Assembly: GCA_965237805.1 (NCBI GenBank)
Contig: OZ250153.1
Location: 960,001-1,024,000 of the forward strand
DNA: 64,000 bases
Direction of reading: 5' to 3'
From: Gammaproteobacteria bacterium
GTDB taxonomy: Bacteria > Pseudomonadota > Gammaproteobacteria > JABABF01
Positions within the stretch are counted from its first letter, which is position 1. Each line of letters starts with the position of its first letter. Positions 59,475 to 64,000 of this stretch are shown piece by piece. A program made the position numbers and the translations under genes. The notes beneath the pieces were generated by a model that worked only from the letters and a program-made list of their open reading frames with translations, made no database searches and was not told where the DNA came from.

Positions 59475-60529
59475 GCGTCCTCGGTGCTGTCCTCTGCCAG
59501 CACCCGCGTAAAAGCCGTCAACTCGCGCAGCTTCTCGGCCGCTTGGCCGGTGGCAAGCAGATCCCGCGCCAATTCGCAACCCAGCGCCATGCTGTCCGTG
59601 ATGCCGCCCAGATAGAGCGCCGCGCCACCGTTCAGCGCCAAGATCTCGGCGGCATCCGATGCCTTGCCCGCCAGTGCGGCACGCAGCAACTGAGCACTGT
59701 GAGCCGGGTCGCGCACCGTCAAAGCAGCCAGCGAGGCCCCCTCGCAACCCAGTGCCTCCGGGCGCAACTCGTATTCGCGAATGTCGCCATCGTCGCACAA
59801 TTCGGCCACCGCTGTCGGTGCGGCGGAGCTGATCTCATCCAAACCATCGTGCGAATGGACGACCAAAGCGCGCTCCGCACCCAGCTCGCGCAACACCTCG
59901 GCCATCGGCACCAGCCAACGCGCCGCGAAGACTCCCACCAGCTGGCGCCGCGCACCGGCCGGGTTGGATAGCGGGCCGATCAAATTGAACACCGTGCGCA
60001 ATCCCAGTGCGCGCCGCACCGCGCCGACATGGCGCATCGCACCGTGGTGGTGCGGCGCAAACAAGAAGCCGACACCGACTCCCTCTATGCAACGCGCCAC
60101 CTGAGCGGGACTCAAAGTCAAATGCACCCCCAGCGCCTCCAGCACATCGGCGCTACCACTGTTGCCACTGGCGGCGCGGTTGCCGTGCTTGGCGACAAAA
60201 GCGCCGCCAGCCGCCGCCACCAGCGCCGCACCGGTCGACACATTGAACAGCTGGGCACCATCCCCACCAGTGCCGCAAGTATCCAGCAAAGGACCTGGCA
60301 CATCGACTTGCACCGTGGTCATCAGACGGCGCAGCTCCAACGCCGCCGCCGCGATCTCTGCTGGCACCTCGCCTTTGATGGACAGTGCTGTCAGCAGGCC
60401 GCCCAGTGGCACCGGATCGGCCTCGCCCGCCATGATCTCCCGCATCACCGTCGCCATCTGCTCGCGTGACAAGTCGGCACCACCCGCCACCCGTGCCAGT
60501 GCATCCTGCAGACTGTAGGCCGCTGCCAT
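59471..60529 (-). CDS. trpD: Anthranilate phosphoribosyltransferase
   Basis: DTCGTGGDG, FNVST, AKHGNR, GSADVLE and GLDE. Confidence 0.96.
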   Translation of the reverse strand: MAAAYSLQDALARVAGGADLSREQMATVMREIMAGEADPVPLGGLLTALSIKGEVPAEIAAAALELRRLMTTVQVDVPGPLLDTCGTGGDGAQLFNVSTGAALVAAAGGAFVAKHGNRAASGNSGSADVLEALGVHLTLSPAQVARCIEGVGVGFLFAPHHHGAMRHVGAVRRALGLRTVFNLIGPLSNPAGARRQLVGVFAARWLVPMAEVLRELGAERALVVHSHDGLDEISSAAPTAVAELCDDGDIREYELRPEALGCEGASLAALTVRDPAHSAQLLRAALAGKASDAAEILALNGGAALYLGGITDSMALGCELARDLLATGQAAEKLRELTAFTRVLAEDSTEDA

Positions 60530-60540
60530 CGCGCCCCGCC

Positions 60541-61137
60541 TCAGTGTGCCGACACGGCAGGCAGGGTGTCGAGGAAATTGCGCAACATCGCGTGGCCCCA
60601 TTCGCTGGCGATCGATTCGGGATGGAATTGCACGCCCTCCATCGGTAACTCCCGATGGCGCAAGCCCATGATCTCGTCGACATCGCCGTCTTCGTCACAA
60701 GTCCAAGCGCTGATCTCCAGACAGTCTGGCAGCCCCTCGTGCGCCACCACCAAAGAGTGGTAGCGAGCAGCTGTGAATGGACTCGGCAACCCCCGGAAGA
60801 CACCGCGGCCATCGTGGCACACCTCCGAGGTCTTGCCATGCATGACACGGCGTGCGCGCACCACACGCCCGCCCAGCGCTTGGCCGATGCTCTGGAGACC
60901 GAGGCAGATGCCGAACAGTGGCAGCTGACCGCTGTGGCGCACCGCCGCCATTGAGACCCCCGCCTCGTTCGGCGTGCAAGGTCCCGGCGAGAGCACAAGG
61001 CCGCGTGGCGCACGGTGCCGGATATCCTCCACTTCTATGGCATCGTTGCGCACCACCTCAACTTCAGCACCCAGCTCCTCCAAGTACTGAACGATGTTGT
61101 AGGTAAAAGAATCGTAGTTGTCGATGACTAGCAGCAT
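60541..61137 (-). CDS. trpG: Anthranilate synthase component II
   Basis: [25 protein letters not shown] and QFHPES. Confidence 0.95.
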   Translation of the reverse strand: MLLVIDNYDSFTYNIVQYLEELGAEVEVVRNDAIEVEDIRHRAPRGLVLSPGPCTPNEAGVSMAAVRHSGQLPLFGICLGLQSIGQALGGRVVRARRVMHGKTSEVCHDGRGVFRGLPSPFTAARYHSLVVAHEGLPDCLEISAWTCDEDGDVDEIMGLRHRELPMEGVQFHPESIASEWGHAMLRNFLDTLPAVSAH

Positions 61138-61216
61138 GGTGCCCTCCAGCCCGCGTAGCGCTCAAAGTGCGGGACGATGGGGTGGCTCTAGTGTAGCGCC
61201 CTAGGCAATGGCAGTG

Positions 61217-61347
61217 GTGACGGCGCAAGCGGGCAAGCGCCTCTGCCCAAATCGAGCCCCACTTCTCAAATGATGGAGCGGATAGCTCGTTTGATGCTGG
61301 TTGACGCGATCAAGCTGATCTGCAGCTATCAACCAATCTGCCGTCAC
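61217..61347. ncRNA. Candidate structured RNA (four-way junction) in the trpE-trpG spacer
   Basis: GTGACGGC/GCCGTCAC closing stem enclosing three hairpins. No known family recognised. Confidence 0.3.
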
Positions 61348-61543
61348 AAGTCGAGCAACATCTCAACTGCTCCCCAGCTCCCGTCGCACCACCGCAACCG
61401 CCTTGCTGGGTGCCTGTGAATATCGCATGATCTGTGGATGAATGCGGTGACCGATGATCGGCACCGTCGATCTCAGGCGGGTGGAACGGTAGCCAGCGCA
61501 AAGTGTAGCGCCCCGTCAAGCGGCCACGGGCGGGGGACGCGAC

Positions 61544-63031
61544 TCAGCTGGCGGCGCTGCGAGCCATGGCCACGGCACGCAGCATCACGCGAGCCTTGCT
61601 CGCGGTCTCCTCCCATTCCAGTGCTGGCACCGAATCGGCAACGATGCCGCCACCGGCCTGTGCGAAGACGGTGCCATCCTTGACCACCGCCGTGCGAATC
61701 GCCACCGCCGTGTCCATATCGCCCTGCCAAGAGAGGTAGCCAACGGCACCGCCATACATACCGCGCCGCACCGGCTCCAATTCGTCGATGATCTGCATCG
61801 CTCGTATTTTGGGTGCCCCGCTCAGGGTGCCCGCTGGCAGGATGGCGCTCAGCACGTCAAGGGCATCGCTGTCCTCGCGCAGCTGGCCAATCACCGTGGA
61901 GACGATGTGCATGACATGCGAATAGCGCTCCACCACCATGTACTCCGACACCGCTACCCGCCCGGGACGTGCGATACGCCCGACATCGTTGCGCCCCAAA
62001 TCCACCAACATCAAGTGCTCGGCCACCTCCTTGGGATCGGCCAGCAATTCGAGTTCCAAGGCGCGATCCTCCGCCGCATCCCGCCCGCGTCGTCGGGTTC
62101 CTGCGATCGGGCGCGTCAACACCGTGCCACCGCGGCAACGCGCCAAGCTTTCCGGCGAAGAGCCGACAATGTGGAAATCCCCAAAATCAAAGAAATAGAG
62201 ATAGGGTGAGGGATTCAACTGGCGCAGGGCGCGGTAAAAATCCAGCACACTTGCACCGAGCGGCAAGGACAGACGGCGCGAGGGCACCGCCTGCATGATG
62301 TCGCCGGCGATGATGTACTCGCGGATGCGCTCGATACCAGCCTCGTAGACTTCCCTGCCAGTGCCGCAGCGGGCCTCGTCCTCAATCGCCGCATCGGTAG
62401 CGACAGCGGCGTCCAGCGGTGCCAGAGCTGGCCGTGCCACTGTCAGCTGCTGCTCGAGCTCGTCGAGGCGACGGCCAGCGCGATCCCACGCTCCCGACTC
62501 CTCCGTGTCCGCGTGTACCACAAGGCGCAGACGGTCGCGGCGGCGGTCGAAGACCACCAGCTCACGGGCGACGATCAGCAAGGCATCCGGCGTGCCAAGG
62601 GGGTGTGCGGCCGGTGCGGTGACAGCCAGCCGCGGCTCCACATAGCGCAACATATCGTAGGCAAAGTAGCCGGCGAGGCCACCGCAGAACGGCGGTAGAT
62701 CGGGCAACGCTGGCGCTTTGTGACAGCTCATCCAGCGGCGTAGTAGCTGCCACGGGTCGCCCTCCCACCGCTCTGCCAGCTCGCCATCTCGATAGCGGTG
62801 CAACTCCCCCTTGTCCACTACCAAAGTATCCCGGGCAGGCAACAACACGATGGAATGATGACCCCAGCGCTCGCCACCGCCGACCGATTCCAGACAACCG
62901 GAATTGGGGCCTTGAGCCAACTGCGCGTACAGCTCGCAGGGTTCGTGCTGCCCGCGGGGCAGGTCGCGGATGCGCGGAACATAGCGAAAGCCTTCGCGAG
63001 CCAGCCGTGCGTAGTCGGCAGCGCTGGTCAT
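61544..63031 (-). CDS. trpE: Anthranilate synthase component I
   Basis: LESV.GGE, GGLAGYF.YD, NPSPY, RPIAGTR, EHLMLVDLGRND and PAGTLSGAPK. Confidence 0.95.
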   Translation of the reverse strand: MTSAADYARLAREGFRYVPRIRDLPRGQHEPCELYAQLAQGPNSGCLESVGGGERWGHHSIVLLPARDTLVVDKGELHRYRDGELAERWEGDPWQLLRRWMSCHKAPALPDLPPFCGGLAGYFAYDMLRYVEPRLAVTAPAAHPLGTPDALLIVARELVVFDRRRDRLRLVVHADTEESGAWDRAGRRLDELEQQLTVARPALAPLDAAVATDAAIEDEARCGTGREVYEAGIERIREYIIAGDIMQAVPSRRLSLPLGASVLDFYRALRQLNPSPYLYFFDFGDFHIVGSSPESLARCRGGTVLTRPIAGTRRRGRDAAEDRALELELLADPKEVAEHLMLVDLGRNDVGRIARPGRVAVSEYMVVERYSHVMHIVSTVIGQLREDSDALDVLSAILPAGTLSGAPKIRAMQIIDELEPVRRGMYGGAVGYLSWQGDMDTAVAIRTAVVKDGTVFAQAGGGIVADSVPALEWEETASKARVMLRAVAMARSAAS

Positions 63032-63288
63032 GACAGTACACCGTAGGCGGCATGGAGGGCGGTTCGGCACGCTGAGTGGCCACAGGCACCGGCATCGCGA
63101 CATTCCCTGATAGGGGCGCTGACAGACATGGTGGGCATGGCTTCGTCGACGCGGCGAGGATAGTGATCGGTGGCAGAGAGGGTCGGCACCGACCGAGACC
63201 AACGGCGTGCGAGATGCCGGGAAAGTGACCGAACGGCGCACTAAATTGTAGCGCACAGCGGTGATGGTGCCCTGTAGAATGCTCCACT

Positions 63289-64000
63289 ATGGGCGTTTTT
63301 GAGCAACTGCCTGACACTGCGCCGGTACTGGTTGGCGTCGGCTCGGTGACGCGGCGCGACGGCCCGCCGGAGCAAGCCCCCGAAGCGGTGGCGCTAATGG
63401 CCGAGGCACTGCGCCGCGCCGAGGCCGACGCCGACGCACCGGGGCTGTTGGCCGAGGCCAACTCAATCCGTGTGCCGCGCGGCTTCTGGGGTTACCGTGA
63501 CCCCGGCCACCTGCTGGCCCAAACCCTGCGAGCCCAGCGCTCGCGCAGTGTGCTGGCCGAGATCGGCATCTTGCAGCAGAGCCTGATCAGCGCCGCCTGC
63601 GCAGACATCGCTGCTGGCGAGGAAGAGGTGGTGCTGGTGGTGGGCGGCGAGGCACGCCACCGGGCGGCGCAGGCAAGACGCGCTGGCGTGGCGGTGGCCG
63701 AGCACGAGCAGGGGGAGGACATTGAGCCAGATCAGACACTGCGTCCGAGCAGCGATTTCGGCTTCAGCTGGGAGGGCGAGCGCGGCCTGATGCTGCCGGT
63801 GACCTGCTACGCCGTACTGGACAATGCGCTGTCCGCCCATCTGGGGCTGTCCGCCGCAACACATCGACAGGAGCTGGATACGCTCGGCGCGGCGCTGAGC
63901 GCGGTGGCGGCAGACAACCCCGAGGCGTGGAGCCGCGAGGCGCTGGACGAAGCGGCACTGCATCCGGGTGCCGACAACCCCTACTTAGCCTATCCCTACA
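63289..64000 (+). CDS. Thiolase-like protein (acetyl-CoA acetyltransferase family), 3'-truncated by the window edge
   Basis: Open frame from ATG 63289: PVLVGVG, EAVALMAEALRRAEADA, GFWGYRDPG, IGILQQ, VVGGEA and YLAYPY. Not in the ORF track because no stop falls in the window. Confidence 0.75.
   Translation, partial: MGVFEQLPDTAPVLVGVGSVTRRDGPPEQAPEAVALMAEALRRAEADADAPGLLAEANSIRVPRGFWGYRDPGHLLAQTLRAQRSRSVLAEIGILQQSLISAACADIAAGEEEVVLVVGGEARHRAAQARRAGVAVAEHEQGEDIEPDQTLRPSSDFGFSWEGERGLMLPVTCYAVLDNALSAHLGLSAATHRQELDTLGAALSAVAADNPEAWSREALDEAALHPGADNPYLAYPY

Noticed and set aside
61310-61519. trp attenuator leader peptide
   Set aside because: It has only one Trp codon, no terminator U-tract, and lies downstream of trpE.

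Overview
This is a GC-rich chromosomal window from a gammaproteobacterium. Gene order resembles Pseudomonadales: argF/argD-grxD, pyrC-argG, dapA-bamC-purC-tRNA-Ser, and trpEGDC next to a yhfA/OsmC gene. Most of it is housekeeping: dinG, nrdA/nrdB, pyrF, pyrC, argCDFG, hemJLB, parE and trp. Sterol/lipid-catabolic genes are interleaved: tandem kshA-like Rieske oxygenases, an hsaC-like dioxygenase, a 3alpha-HSD-like SDR, three NTF2/SnoaL proteins, a sulfotransferase, an LLM oxidoreductase and a thiolase-like gene. The main standout is a ~2,500-aa secreted protein. It has a signal peptide, a dockerin-like Ca-loop pair, ~15 cadherin-like domains including an exact 3 x 645-bp expansion, and a GH16-like tip whose second half is AT-rich. 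Other points of interest are a murL-murD2 pair with degenerate core motifs, duplicated kshA genes with an identical 247-bp Rieske block, and nrdA/nrdB split into convergent units around pyrF. The nrdB leader is long and structured, a four-way-junction RNA may lie between trpE and trpG, and a 635-aa unknown protein sits behind grxD. The gene content suggests an animal-associated (e.g. sponge) symbiont, but that is inference. I saw no CRISPR, rRNA, transposase, integrase or reverse transcriptase. All family calls come from motif recognition by eye; no database searches were run.
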